A stretch of DNA of 64,000 bases from Candidatus Bathyarchaeia archaeon (GTDB lineage: Bacteria; Patescibacteriota; Microgenomatia; PFEM01; JAFGMK01), in contig DATKWK010000017.1 of the NCBI GenBank assembly GCA_035529595.1, positions 116,970 to 180,969 on the forward strand. The letters run 5' to 3'. Below the pieces are notes generated by a model, which did no database searches, was not told where the DNA came from, and saw nothing but the letters and a program-made list of their open reading frames with translations. This document shows, one piece after another, positions 7,836 through 18,967 of this stretch. Each line of letters starts with the position of its first letter. Position 1 is the first letter of the stretch. Position numbers and translations under genes: made by a program.

Positions 7836-9602
7836 TTAGTCCGGCTTAGTGCCTACCAGGTAGATTGCCTGCCAGGGCCGGTAGTTTGAATAGAAAGTCC
7901 TTTCCTGCAAAACCTGGCCGTCTCGGGTGACTTTCCAATCAAAAGCCGCTTTTGCCCCCCAGGCCGGCCAATCGATTTGTTTGGTCGTGCCGACTGGCAG
8001 ATTGGGATCATCCTGATAAAGAGCCGGCGGCGGAGAGGTTTGCCCCCAGATTCTGGTTTTACCTATTTCTGCCTTTCGACCATCCGGCGTTCCGTAAAGC
8101 TCAAAAGTCAATTTCTGAGCCTTTAGGTCAACTTTGGTTTGGACAAGAAGATGAGTTGGCAGATCGTTTTCAAATACGAGGTTCGCAGTCGGATCATAGA
8201 CAGTGGCATCCAAGCCGACTTGCGAGTTTTGTTCATAATAGGAAACCCGATAAGCATGGGCATGGCGTTCAATAATCGGCAGGCCGGCATTTAGAGCCGC
8301 CCGGAAAAGGGTGGTAGATACTTGGCAAACACCGCCGCCGTCTCCCAGAACTGTTCTGCCTGATCTGATAATGTAGGCCTTTTGGTAACCGGTTGTTTCG
8401 GAAACCTCGCCTAATGATTGGTTAAAAGAAAAAGCTTCTTGAGGCTTAATAAGAATTCCGTTTAAGCGCGATGAGGCCAACTTGATATTATGGATTCGGG
8501 AGGCAATAGAGCCTTTAAACCAAGATTCACCCCTACCGATCATTTCTCTTATTCCCAGATTATTGGCATCAGCGGTGGTAATCATCGGTTCAGTAGAGAC
8601 TACCGGTAAAGTTAAAGTTTGATCTCCGGCTAATTCATTTAAAGAGTTAACAATCATTTCTACCGTTGCCAACTGATTAAGCCTTTGGCCGTTTTTGGCC
8701 GGCCGGAATTCAACCACCCGGCCGTTTTCAAACTGAAAAGCGGCATCTTCCGGAGTCTGGTCAATCGAAGCCGCCAATTGCCCGACGTATTCAGAAATTT
8801 TAAACCGGTCGAAGCCGTTACTGGAAAAGAGGAAATTTACCAATTCTTCTTCTTCAAGACTCCAGCTTTTATTTTCCCAGACCAAAGTCAGTCTTTCCCC
8901 CAATAATTTTTCGGCTTGCTTAGTGATTCTGGTCACCTCTTCTTCAATCAAAGAAGGTGAAATAGTCAATAGGGGAAGACTGACGGGATTAGCATCAAGC
9001 TTTTCTAACTTTTCCATTAAGAGAGAAAATAGAAGACGCGTATTTAGCTGTTTTCCCGGTTCTCCCGGGTGAATGACAATGCGGGAGGTTTGACTGGCTT
9101 CTTTAACGACTTCGATGGAAGGCTCAACTGCCGGTATATAGAGTTCGGCTGCCAGACTGGCAACCTTTTCGTCCAAATAATCTTTATCAAAACTATATTC
9201 TAGCTGAAGGTTAATCCCATTTTTTGCTGCTGCTATTTTTTGCCGGGTATTCTGCCAAATATTGCCGGTCCGGCCAAATAGGTAAGCTTTTTTTATACTT
9301 TCATCGGTTTGATATTCCAGTTTTAAGTCATTCCAACCGATTGTCCAGGATTGTTGATCGGCAGTCAGAAGGAGGCCCTTATGCTTGTTGCGGAGGGCTT
9401 TTATAAGCGTCTCAATTATTTTGTTTGCTTCTTGCCGACTTAAATTACCGATTGGTTGGCCAATCAGCGTAATGCCCGGATATATTTTTCCTTGATAAAT
9501 CAGTTGGTAAGAGGCAAAAACAATCAGCGCTAAGACTAGAACTACGGCCGGAAAAAAAAGAGAATATCGCCAATAACTTTTAAGCTTCTTTTTCATTCTC
9601 AT
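7836..9602 (-). CDS. VanW domain-containing membrane-anchored protein
   Basis: N-terminal transmembrane segment. The C-terminal GGGVCQVSTTLFRAALNAGLPIIERHAHAYRVSYY is the VanW core. Confidence 0.6.
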   Translation of the reverse strand: MRMKKKLKSYWRYSLFFPAVVLVLALIVFASYQLIYQGKIYPGITLIGQPIGNLSRQEANKIIETLIKALRNKHKGLLLTADQQSWTIGWNDLKLEYQTDESIKKAYLFGRTGNIWQNTRQKIAAAKNGINLQLEYSFDKDYLDEKVASLAAELYIPAVEPSIEVVKEASQTSRIVIHPGEPGKQLNTRLLFSLLMEKLEKLDANPVSLPLLTISPSLIEEEVTRITKQAEKLLGERLTLVWENKSWSLEEEELVNFLFSSNGFDRFKISEYVGQLAASIDQTPEDAAFQFENGRVVEFRPAKNGQRLNQLATVEMIVNSLNELAGDQTLTLPVVSTEPMITTADANNLGIREMIGRGESWFKGSIASRIHNIKLASSRLNGILIKPQEAFSFNQSLGEVSETTGYQKAYIIRSGRTVLGDGGGVCQVSTTLFRAALNAGLPIIERHAHAYRVSYYEQNSQVGLDATVYDPTANLVFENDLPTHLLVQTKVDLKAQKLTFELYGTPDGRKAEIGKTRIWGQTSPPPALYQDDPNLPVGTTKQIDWPAWGAKAAFDWKVTRDGQVLQERTFYSNYRPWQAIYLVGTKPD

Positions 9603-9699
9603 AAGAATCGTGACTATGCTTGCAATTTAACTCTACCCTTTGTATGATAACATTAGAATCTAATTTTAAATCGTTAATTTTCTATTTTCAATTTCTTCT

Positions 9700-11901
9700 A
9701 TGGCTGCCCAAGATAATCAGAACAAGCAGGATATTTTTTCGCAGGCAGCGGGTAGTACACAACCTGCTTCCGGAAAAGAGCCGAATTCTTCCCCTGCCGG
9801 CGGGTCGCGGTCATCTCAACCGCTGCCGTCTCCACCTTCAGATAAGCCGGCCCTAACGGTTGAGGAGCTATATGCTCCTTCGGGAACAAAACCGGTTTCT
9901 TCAAAACCCATGGTGTCGGTTTTTGCTCCTCCAAAACTGGCAGCCGTGTCTGCCGGCAATCTTTCTGCCGCTGGTTCCCAGTCGCTGGTGGCTGCGGCAG
10001 CAAAACCAAAGTCTCTGTCTGCCGATTTTTCAGATTCTAAACCGGTTTCAGTGACCGGTAAGCCGGCACCCAGTTTGAGCACTGCGGCTGTTATTGCTTC
10101 AAAGGCAGCGGAAGATTCCAGGCCCGGCCCGGTCAATCCGGCCCAAAGGCCTAAAGTGCCAACGCCGTCCTCAACAAAGATACCGGTCGGAAAACCTTTC
10201 CAGCCTGTACCGCCAAAGCCTGAACCTGCTTTCAAGGTAGAAGAACTTTATGCGCCGTCAGAACCAAAAAAAGACGTATTAAAACCAGCGCCGTTTTCGA
10301 TTCCGGCGGCTCCGGCAAAACTTCAATCGGTGCCGGTGCCGGCGCCGGAAAGAAAAGACGCAATTTTCTCTGGCGTAAAATCAACTGAAGAAGAAAAGGC
10401 TAAGATTGAGTTTCCGGTAAGAGAGACTTTTTCTGTTCCTTCCGTGAAAGAAGTAACCGGGCAAAGACAGATGAATCCTCCGCCTGTTCCTCCTGGTGCA
10501 GTTAGGCCGGAACTACCGGTCCCTGCTGTCGTTCCAGTACCAAAGCCAGTCGGCGGCTTATCATCCGAAAAACCCCCCCTGATTCCTTCCCAACCCAAGA
10601 AATTACCGACGGCTAATATCTTCAAGGTTTTACTTATTTTTTTGGCGGTGGTAATTTTAGCCGGCGGCGGTTACTTGATATTCAAAACCTTCGGTAAGAA
10701 AAAGCCGGATGGAGAGGAAACTTTAGTTTACTGGGGATTATGGGAAGACGTCGATATTCTCGAGACAGTAACCAAGGATTGGGAAAAAGATCATCCGCAG
10801 GTAAAAATTAATTATCTCCGCCAGGCTAAAGAAGAATATCGTGAACGACTGCAGTCGGCTTTAGCCAGAAATGAGGGGCCGGATATCTTCCGTTTTCACA
10901 ATACCTGGCTACCGATGTTGAAAGATGAATTGTCACCGATGCCCGCCAACATTATGACTACGGCTCAATTCGAAGAAACTTTTTACCCGGTAGCTGTTTC
11001 TGATTTAAAAATTGGCACCTCGATCTATGGCGTTCCTTTAGAGATTGATACCTTAGCTTTGTTTTATAATGAAGATATTTTCAGAGCGGCCGGTAAAAAT
11101 CCGCCTACTAATTGGGATGAATTGCGAAGGTTGGCGTCCGAACTGACCGTCCGGGATTCCGGCGGACAGGTACAAATTGCCGGTGCAGCCATGGGAGTAA
11201 CCAGCAATATTGACCACTGGTCGGATATTCTTGGCTTGATGATGCTTCAAAACGGCGTTGATCTGGCCAAACCGCGGGGGAAGCTAGCTGAAGATGCGTT
11301 ACTTTTTTATAGTTACATTAATAAAAGAGATCGAGTATGGAATACTAACTTGCCTAATTCAACCTTGGCTTTTGCCAGCGGTAAAGTGGCAATGTACTTC
11401 GGCTTTTCTTGGGATATATTTGAAATCGAGCGAGTTAACAAGGAGCTGAAATATAAGATTGTCCCCGTACCCCAGCTTCCGGAAAGAGAGCCGGTTGCTT
11501 GGGCTTCCTATTGGGTGGAAGGAGTTTCCCGGAGGAGTAAAAAACAAGAACAAGCTTGGGAATTTTTAAAATATCTATCGAGCGAGGAGACAATGATTAA
11601 ACTTTACAAAGCTCAATCTGATCGTCGTCTTTTCGGGGAACCGTATTCACGAAAGAACTTATCTTCCCAATTAAGTAACGATCCCTTAGTCGGTCCTTTT
11701 ATTAATCAGGCGATTTTTGCCAAAAGTTGGTATCTCTGTTCACGAACCTTTGATAACGGCATTAATGAAATGATAATTAAGTATTTTGAAGATGCGGTTA
11801 ATACTACTGGCGACACCGGGACTTCGGCCGGCGATACCCTTCAAACCGTTGCTAAGGGTGTGAGTCAAGTTTTGTCTCGTTACCGCGTCTCCGCCCAGTA
11901 A
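9700..11901 (+). CDS. ABC transporter substrate-binding protein (family 1) with a ~310-aa Pro/Ala/Ser-rich N-terminal extension
   Basis: A disordered N-terminus with two VEELYAPS repeats, one transmembrane helix (LLIFLAVVILAGGGYLIF), then a MalE-like binding fold (YWGLWEDVD...DIFRFHNTW). Confidence 0.55.
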   Translation: MAAQDNQNKQDIFSQAAGSTQPASGKEPNSSPAGGSRSSQPLPSPPSDKPALTVEELYAPSGTKPVSSKPMVSVFAPPKLAAVSAGNLSAAGSQSLVAAAAKPKSLSADFSDSKPVSVTGKPAPSLSTAAVIASKAAEDSRPGPVNPAQRPKVPTPSSTKIPVGKPFQPVPPKPEPAFKVEELYAPSEPKKDVLKPAPFSIPAAPAKLQSVPVPAPERKDAIFSGVKSTEEEKAKIEFPVRETFSVPSVKEVTGQRQMNPPPVPPGAVRPELPVPAVVPVPKPVGGLSSEKPPLIPSQPKKLPTANIFKVLLIFLAVVILAGGGYLIFKTFGKKKPDGEETLVYWGLWEDVDILETVTKDWEKDHPQVKINYLRQAKEEYRERLQSALARNEGPDIFRFHNTWLPMLKDELSPMPANIMTTAQFEETFYPVAVSDLKIGTSIYGVPLEIDTLALFYNEDIFRAAGKNPPTNWDELRRLASELTVRDSGGQVQIAGAAMGVTSNIDHWSDILGLMMLQNGVDLAKPRGKLAEDALLFYSYINKRDRVWNTNLPNSTLAFASGKVAMYFGFSWDIFEIERVNKELKYKIVPVPQLPEREPVAWASYWVEGVSRRSKKQEQAWEFLKYLSSEETMIKLYKAQSDRRLFGEPYSRKNLSSQLSNDPLVGPFINQAIFAKSWYLCSRTFDNGINEMIIKYFEDAVNTTGDTGTSAGDTLQTVAKGVSQVLSRYRVSAQ

Positions 11902-11929
11902 TTTCGCCTTCTCTGCTATTATTAACTTA

Positions 11930-12865
11930 ATGGATATTCTTGCTGAAAATATCTTAAAGTCCGTTTCTTATGCTGATATTTTCGATTTTCCCTTAACTGC
12001 AGAAGAAATTACCCGTTACTTAATTTCTTCGACTAAGTTCAACCGGCAGGAAGTTGAGTTTACGGCTGGTAGTCTTTATCCTGGTCTTTTAGGAATCCAT
12101 AAAGGGTATTTTTTTTTGAAAAATCGAAAATTAATCATTTCCGGGCGGCTGAGAAGGCAAGAATTTAGTCAGAGAAAATTGGCTCTTGGTCGAAAACTAG
12201 CCTGTCTCTTAAGAATTGTACCTTGGATTCAGGCGGTTTTGCTTACCGGTAATGTTGCTTGGAAAAATGCGGATTCGGGAGATGACATTGATTGGTTGAT
12301 TATTACTGATAAAAATCGGCTTTGGTTGAGTCGGCTTTTCGCGGTTTTGATTTTACAGCTTTTAGGTATCAGGCGGCGGCCAGAGGATAAAGAAGTAAAT
12401 AACAAAATTTGTCTTAACTTGTTTTTGACTAAGGATAATTTAGTGGTTCCCGAAAGCAAACAGGATCTTTTTACCGCCCATGAGATTTTACAGGCCAAAC
12501 CCCTGTGGCAAAGACAACAAGTTTATCTTGACTTCATTCGGGTCAATGCCTGGGCCCAGAAATATCTGGCTAACGCTTATTCCAATATAGTCTGTCGACA
12601 AAGCAGATCAAGCCTAAAGAGCAGAAACAGTCTTTGTTTTAAGGTGTCAGGTGAGTTCTTCCGGCCGTTAAGTAAGATTGGCGGTTGGTTACTGGATTAC
12701 GCAGAGCAGATAGTTTTTAATTGGCAAAAAAAATATATGAGCGGTCGGAGAACAATTGAAACCGTTGAAGTAAGCCGAGCATTTTTCCATCCGGCAAACA
12801 TTCGAAATTGGGTAATGGCTGAATACCGGAAAAGATTAATAACCTTAAAATTAGTAAGAGTTTAG
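11930..12865 (+). CDS. hypothetical protein with a putative nucleotidyltransferase (Pol beta-like) motif
   Basis: GNVAWKNADSGDDIDWLII fits the G[SN]x9-13DxD nucleotidyltransferase pattern. Confidence 0.3.
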   Translation: MDILAENILKSVSYADIFDFPLTAEEITRYLISSTKFNRQEVEFTAGSLYPGLLGIHKGYFFLKNRKLIISGRLRRQEFSQRKLALGRKLACLLRIVPWIQAVLLTGNVAWKNADSGDDIDWLIITDKNRLWLSRLFAVLILQLLGIRRRPEDKEVNNKICLNLFLTKDNLVVPESKQDLFTAHEILQAKPLWQRQQVYLDFIRVNAWAQKYLANAYSNIVCRQSRSSLKSRNSLCFKVSGEFFRPLSKIGGWLLDYAEQIVFNWQKKYMSGRRTIETVEVSRAFFHPANIRNWVMAEYRKRLITLKLVRV

Positions 12866-12984
12866 ACTCTTACTGCTGATAGCCTTAAGACAGCTTCGGG
12901 TGTCTAATATTTTATATTACACCCTGGAGTGTAGAATCTGAATTTTTGGCTTTCAGGTTTTGGTTATGATATTATGGATGGTTA

Positions 12985-13380
12985 ATGTCAAAGTTAGCAG
13001 TAAAACAACTACCGGCTGGTTTCTGGATCCGCCTTCTGGCGATTTTGATTGACGCTCTGGTAATTGCCACCGGTCAGCGAATGTGCCGCTTGATTTTGCA
13101 GCCGCCCTGGCGGGAAGTCTTTTCTTCGGTTTTATCTTTGGCTTATACACCCGTGATGCTTTATTATTATCAAGCGACGCTTGGTAAGCTGGCGCTTGAT
13201 TTAAAAGTAGTTTCTGTCGATGGCAAAAAACTGGGGATTTTTCAAGTACTGCTGCGGGAATGGATCGGTAAATTCATTTCCGCTATTGTTCTGGGTTTGG
13301 GATTTTTATGGGTAGCTTTTGATAAGGATAAACGTGGCTGGCATGATAAACTGGCGGGAACAAAAGTCGTTAAAACATAA
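12985..13380 (+). CDS. RDD family membrane protein
   Basis: GFWIRLLAILIDALVI plus a second transmembrane block and a C-terminal RGWHDKLAGTKVV, typical of the RDD family. Confidence 0.55.
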   Translation: MSKLAVKQLPAGFWIRLLAILIDALVIATGQRMCRLILQPPWREVFSSVLSLAYTPVMLYYYQATLGKLALDLKVVSVDGKKLGIFQVLLREWIGKFISAIVLGLGFLWVAFDKDKRGWHDKLAGTKVVKT

Positions 13381-13481
13381 GTTTGTCGAGATTTTGTAAT
13401 TGGCGGTTTGTAATTTCTCCTTGGAGTTCGGTACTGGTCGAAACTAGATAGGATCGATCTTTTTCCATTTGATTCAGATAA

Positions 13482-14264
13482 TTGAATTGCGGAATTAAAA
13501 ATGACAAAATGGTTTTTATTATGAATTCCTGGCTTTATTCACTGGTCGCAGTCTCTCTTATCAGTCTGATTTCCATGGTCGGTGTTTTTACTTTGGCGAT
13601 AAGCCGAAAAGTTTTGGAAAAGATAATTCTTTTTTTGGTGGCTTTTGCTGCCGGTGGTCTTCTGGGCGATGTTTTTATTCATCTAATTCCCAATCTTGGG
13701 CAGGAATCCGGTTTTAGTCTTTTTGTTTCCGGTTTGATTTTGGCCGGATTTCTGGTCTTTTTTGCCTTTGAAAAATTTTTAAACTGGCGCCATTGTCATG
13801 AGGTGGATTGCCGGAAGCATCAACAGAATCTTGGTACGATGAACTTAGTTGCTGATGGTTTGCACAATTTCATTGACGGTGCTATGATTGCTGCCAGTTT
13901 CCTGGTTTCCCCGGCAGTCGGTATCGCCACCAGTCTGGCTGTGATCCTTCATGAAATACCGCAGGAAATCGGTGATTTTGCGGTTTTGATTCATTCCGGT
14001 TTTACCAGAAGAAAAGCCCTTTTTTATAATCTTCTTTCTGCTTTGACTGCTTTTTTGGGGGCAATCTTGGTTTTATTCACTCAGCAAACCGGAAAAATCT
14101 CCCAGTTTCTCCTACCTTTAACCGCCGGCAGTTTTTTATACATTGCAGCCGCGGATTTGATTCCTCAATTGCATCAGGAACGAGAACTTAAAAGATCCGC
14201 TTTCCAGTTTATTGGATTGTTGTTGGGGATGGCGGTAATGGTACTTTTATTGCTGCTTGAATAA
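13482..14264 (+). CDS. zupT: ZIP family divalent metal transporter (ZupT-like)
   Basis: HEIPQEIGDFAVLIHSG signature with multiple transmembrane helices. Confidence 0.7.
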   Translation: MNCGIKNDKMVFIMNSWLYSLVAVSLISLISMVGVFTLAISRKVLEKIILFLVAFAAGGLLGDVFIHLIPNLGQESGFSLFVSGLILAGFLVFFAFEKFLNWRHCHEVDCRKHQQNLGTMNLVADGLHNFIDGAMIAASFLVSPAVGIATSLAVILHEIPQEIGDFAVLIHSGFTRRKALFYNLLSALTAFLGAILVLFTQQTGKISQFLLPLTAGSFLYIAAADLIPQLHQERELKRSAFQFIGLLLGMAVMVLLLLLE

Positions 14265-14293
14265 AACAATGTTCAAGTGAAAAAGGATCGGCG

Positions 14294-15295
14294 ATGCGAT
14301 TAGGTAAAGCCCTTTTTGTTTATTTCTTGATTTTTATTTGCCTTTTTTTGGCCGGCGTTTACGTTTTTGGCAGAAATTATCTTAAGCGGTTAGAGAGAAA
14401 GAGTGCTCAGGTTATTTTGCCCTTCCCGGCAGCTACGCCGACAACCCGGCCACCGCCGACGGAAATCTCGCTCGTTGTTACCGGTGACGTCATGCTGGCA
14501 CGGTCGGTGACGACAAAAATGCGCGCCCTTGATAATTTTGCTTATCCTTTTACCGAAACCGCCGCTGTCTTAAAGGAAGCTGACTTGACTTTAATTAATC
14601 TTGAGTCGCCCTTTGGCAGTAATTGTTCTTCAACCGATACCGGAATGGTTTTTTGTGCTGACCAGCAGGCGATTGAGGGATTAATTAAAGCCGGAGTCGA
14701 TTTGGTGTCTCTGGCTAATAACCATGTGCTGGATCAAGGCGAGGCGGGATTAAGCGAAACAATCCAATTGATTAAACAAAACTTCATGACCCCTGTCGGC
14801 TTGAGAGATCCGGCCTTTTTGGAAGTCAACGGAGTGAAACTGGTTTTCTTGGCTTATAATGCCGTCAATCCACAGTCAACCCTGGTGTCTTGGGCGGATC
14901 CGGCTGTAATTGAGTCGGAGATAAAACGGTTTAGCCGAGAGGCTGATGTTTTAGTCGTTTATTTCCACTGGGGCCAGGAATATGCCGAAACCCCCAGAAG
15001 CGGCAGCGGTAGCCCTTTTGATCCGAAGAAACTGGCTCATCAGGCGATTGATGCCGGCGCCGATCTGGTTTTAGGCAGCCATCCTCATGTTGTTTGGGAC
15101 AACGAGTGGTATAACGGTAAACTAATTGTCTATTCGTTGGGAAACTTTGTTTTCGACCAAAGTTGGAGCCAGGAAACCCAAAAAGGGACTCTCGGAAAAT
15201 TTATCCTAGATCAGGAGGGTCTGGTCTCGGCTGATTTTTTGCCCGTGGAAATCATCAACTATCAACCGGTATTTACCGATAATTCTTCGAGTTAA
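14294..15295 (+). CDS. CapA/PGA_cap family metallophosphatase-like protein
   Basis: VTGDVMLARSV, NLESPF and ANNHVLDQGEAGL motifs, preceded by an N-terminal transmembrane segment. Confidence 0.6.
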   Translation: MRLGKALFVYFLIFICLFLAGVYVFGRNYLKRLERKSAQVILPFPAATPTTRPPPTEISLVVTGDVMLARSVTTKMRALDNFAYPFTETAAVLKEADLTLINLESPFGSNCSSTDTGMVFCADQQAIEGLIKAGVDLVSLANNHVLDQGEAGLSETIQLIKQNFMTPVGLRDPAFLEVNGVKLVFLAYNAVNPQSTLVSWADPAVIESEIKRFSREADVLVVYFHWGQEYAETPRSGSGSPFDPKKLAHQAIDAGADLVLGSHPHVVWDNEWYNGKLIVYSLGNFVFDQSWSQETQKGTLGKFILDQEGLVSADFLPVEIINYQPVFTDNSSS

Positions 15296-15319
15296 TCTGG
15301 AAACTTCTTGCCTTTCCTC

Positions 15320-15348
15320 TTGACAAACGGTTTTTCCTTTTTTAAAAT
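15320..15348 (+). promoter_or_regulatory. sigma70-type promoter of groESL (TTGACA-17 bp-TAAAAT)
   Basis: A consensus -35 and near-consensus -10 with a 17-bp spacer, ~75 nt upstream of the groES ATG. Confidence 0.55.
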
Positions 15349-15356
15349 AGCAATCG

Positions 15357-15373
15357 TTATCACGGAGTGATAA
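15357..15373 (+). promoter_or_regulatory. perfect palindrome TTATCAC-gga-GTGATAA at the predicted groESL transcription start (candidate operator, not CIRCE)
   Basis: 7-bp inverted repeat arms with a 3-nt spacer, starting ~8 nt after the -10 element. Confidence 0.45.
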
Positions 15374-15424
15374 TAAATTATTTTTAACCAGTTAAATAAG
15401 TTTATATATTAAGGAGGAAATATT

Positions 15425-17420
<1,996 letters not shown>

Positions 17421-17440
17421 TTGACAGATTGAAAATCAAA

Positions 17441-17468
17441 AAAGCCCCGAAAATTCGGGGCTTTTTTG
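17441..17468 (+). terminator. rho-independent terminator after groEL
   Basis: Hairpin gccccgaaaattcggggc followed by tttttt. Confidence 0.7.
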
Positions 17469-17560
17469 ATAGATAAAGAAATTATATTTCAAGTTAAATC
17501 CCTTTTTACCAATGTCAAAATAAAACCAGAAAGCATAATATTTTACAAAGGAGGTAAAAG

Positions 17561-17833
17561 ATGGCTAAAATAACCGATGGGCAAGAAAAGCCTGGTTCGG
17601 CAGTCAAAATTACGGTTCTCGGAGATGTTAAGATTCTTTATTCCGACTCCGTAATCATCCATACTAACCGGTTTGGTCTAGTTTTTGATTTTGCTCAACC
17701 GGTGGGTCCGCGGCAACAGAATGTCGTCTCCCGAATCGGTATGAGTCGGGAACACGCTCGTGTTTTTGCTCAGATTTTGGTCCGACAGTTGGAAAAAGAC
17801 CAAAATAAGCCGAGTAAGACCGTCATTCACTGA
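17561..17833 (+). CDS. DUF3467 family protein
   Basis: A 90-aa protein with FGLVFDFAQP...VSRIGMSREHARVFAQIL, as recalled for DUF3467. It is a paralogue of the ORF at 6314. Confidence 0.4.
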   Translation: MAKITDGQEKPGSAVKITVLGDVKILYSDSVIIHTNRFGLVFDFAQPVGPRQQNVVSRIGMSREHARVFAQILVRQLEKDQNKPSKTVIH

Positions 17834-17891
17834 TAGATTTTATTTTAGGTGATTATTTTACTAGTTTTCTTATTGATTAGTGAAGGAGTTT

Positions 17892-18593
17892 TTATTTCAA
17901 AAGACTCATGGGATTGATTTTTTCACCATTCTGCCAAACTTCCAGATGAAGATGAGGACCGGTTGTCCAGCCGCTCATACCGACAGTACCCAATATTGTT
18001 TTTGATTCAACTTCTTGGTTTTCTGAAACCCGAATGTTTTCCAAGTGAGCATAGAGTGATTTGATTCCGGAGTCATGATTAATAATTAAATGATTGCCGT
18101 AGCCGGCAGTAGAGTAGATCACCGATTCTACGGTACCCCTCATTAAGGGATAAATTAAACTGCCTTTTTTTCCTTTTAAATCAATTGCCCGGTGAAGAGG
18201 ATGATATCCTTGGCTGATTTGCAATGGAGAAAGAGGCGCCTTGATCGATTCTTCGGTCGTGACTTTAATATTTCCGTTGGCATCATAGATGATTGTTTCA
18301 GCGTCTGCTGCAAAATTAAAGGCCGATATTGGTTTACTGACATTGCCAAGAAAGAATAGGGCTAAGGCCAGGTTAAGACCAACAAATTCTTTGATTTTTT
18401 TAAGCTCTAAGATTCTTCTGAAGACGCGACTGATCTTATTACCTTTAAAGCGTTTATCACAATAAACTCTTTTAAGATAAAAATAGAAATTATGACTACG
18501 GGTAAAGAGAGTCTTTTTTGGACGACCCTTTTTCTTACCGAGTTTGACTTGCAGTTCGTTTCTGCCAAAAGAAAAATGAAAGTTGATCATCAT
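17892..18593 (-). CDS. M23 family metallopeptidase (LytM-like)
   Basis: HxxxD-like motif and C-terminal GPHLHLEVWQNG. The true start may be an internal Met. Confidence 0.6.
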   Translation of the reverse strand: MMINFHFSFGRNELQVKLGKKKGRPKKTLFTRSHNFYFYLKRVYCDKRFKGNKISRVFRRILELKKIKEFVGLNLALALFFLGNVSKPISAFNFAADAETIIYDANGNIKVTTEESIKAPLSPLQISQGYHPLHRAIDLKGKKGSLIYPLMRGTVESVIYSTAGYGNHLIINHDSGIKSLYAHLENIRVSENQEVESKTILGTVGMSGWTTGPHLHLEVWQNGEKINPMSLLK

Positions 18594-18769
18594 AAAACGG
18601 GCAATAAAAAAATCTGAGCCTTTTGGCTCAGACTACCAATAGTATATCACAAAAAGTCAAAATTGAGCAAAAATGGAAGTAATCTCAGGATGAGATTTTA
18701 GTGGAACTTGTCTGTTTGACTGACTAGGAAATGACGACTGATTTGGTAAAAACTGACAGATTTAACTTG

Positions 18770-18840
18770 AGGCCTGGGCGGGAATCGCACCCGCGTACGC
18801 GGTTTTGCAGACCGCTCCCTGGCTACTCGGGCACCAGGCC
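18770..18840 (-). tRNA. tRNA-Cys (anticodon GCA)
   Basis: Folded by hand. The 7-bp acceptor stem GGCCTGG/CCAGGCC and the anticodon stem GCGGT/ACCGC frame the loop CTGCAAA. The T-stem is GCGGG/CCCGC. The discriminator is U and no CCA is encoded. The T-loop reads TGCGATT (G at position 55, where U is usual). Confidence 0.6.
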
Positions 18841-18967
18841 GGATAGTTTATTTTACTAATAATTTACCTTATAGTAAAGATAGGGTCTTGAAGGGACAAA
18901 TCCGAGGTTTGGAAAATATTTTTTCCAGGCTATGTTATACTGAATAAAGCGCTATTTAAAATTTTTT

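Noticed and set aside
9698-10625. Minus-strand ORFs 9698..10009, 9816..10235 and 10323..10625
   Set aside because: They are antisense to the Pro/Ala-rich 5' region of the solute-binding-protein gene, and the low-complexity sequence yields open frames on both strands.
15296-15424. CIRCE / HrcA operator upstream of groES
   Set aside because: No TTAGCACTC-N9-GAGTGCTAA match is present. Only the unrelated TTATCAC-N3-GTGATAA palindrome is seen.
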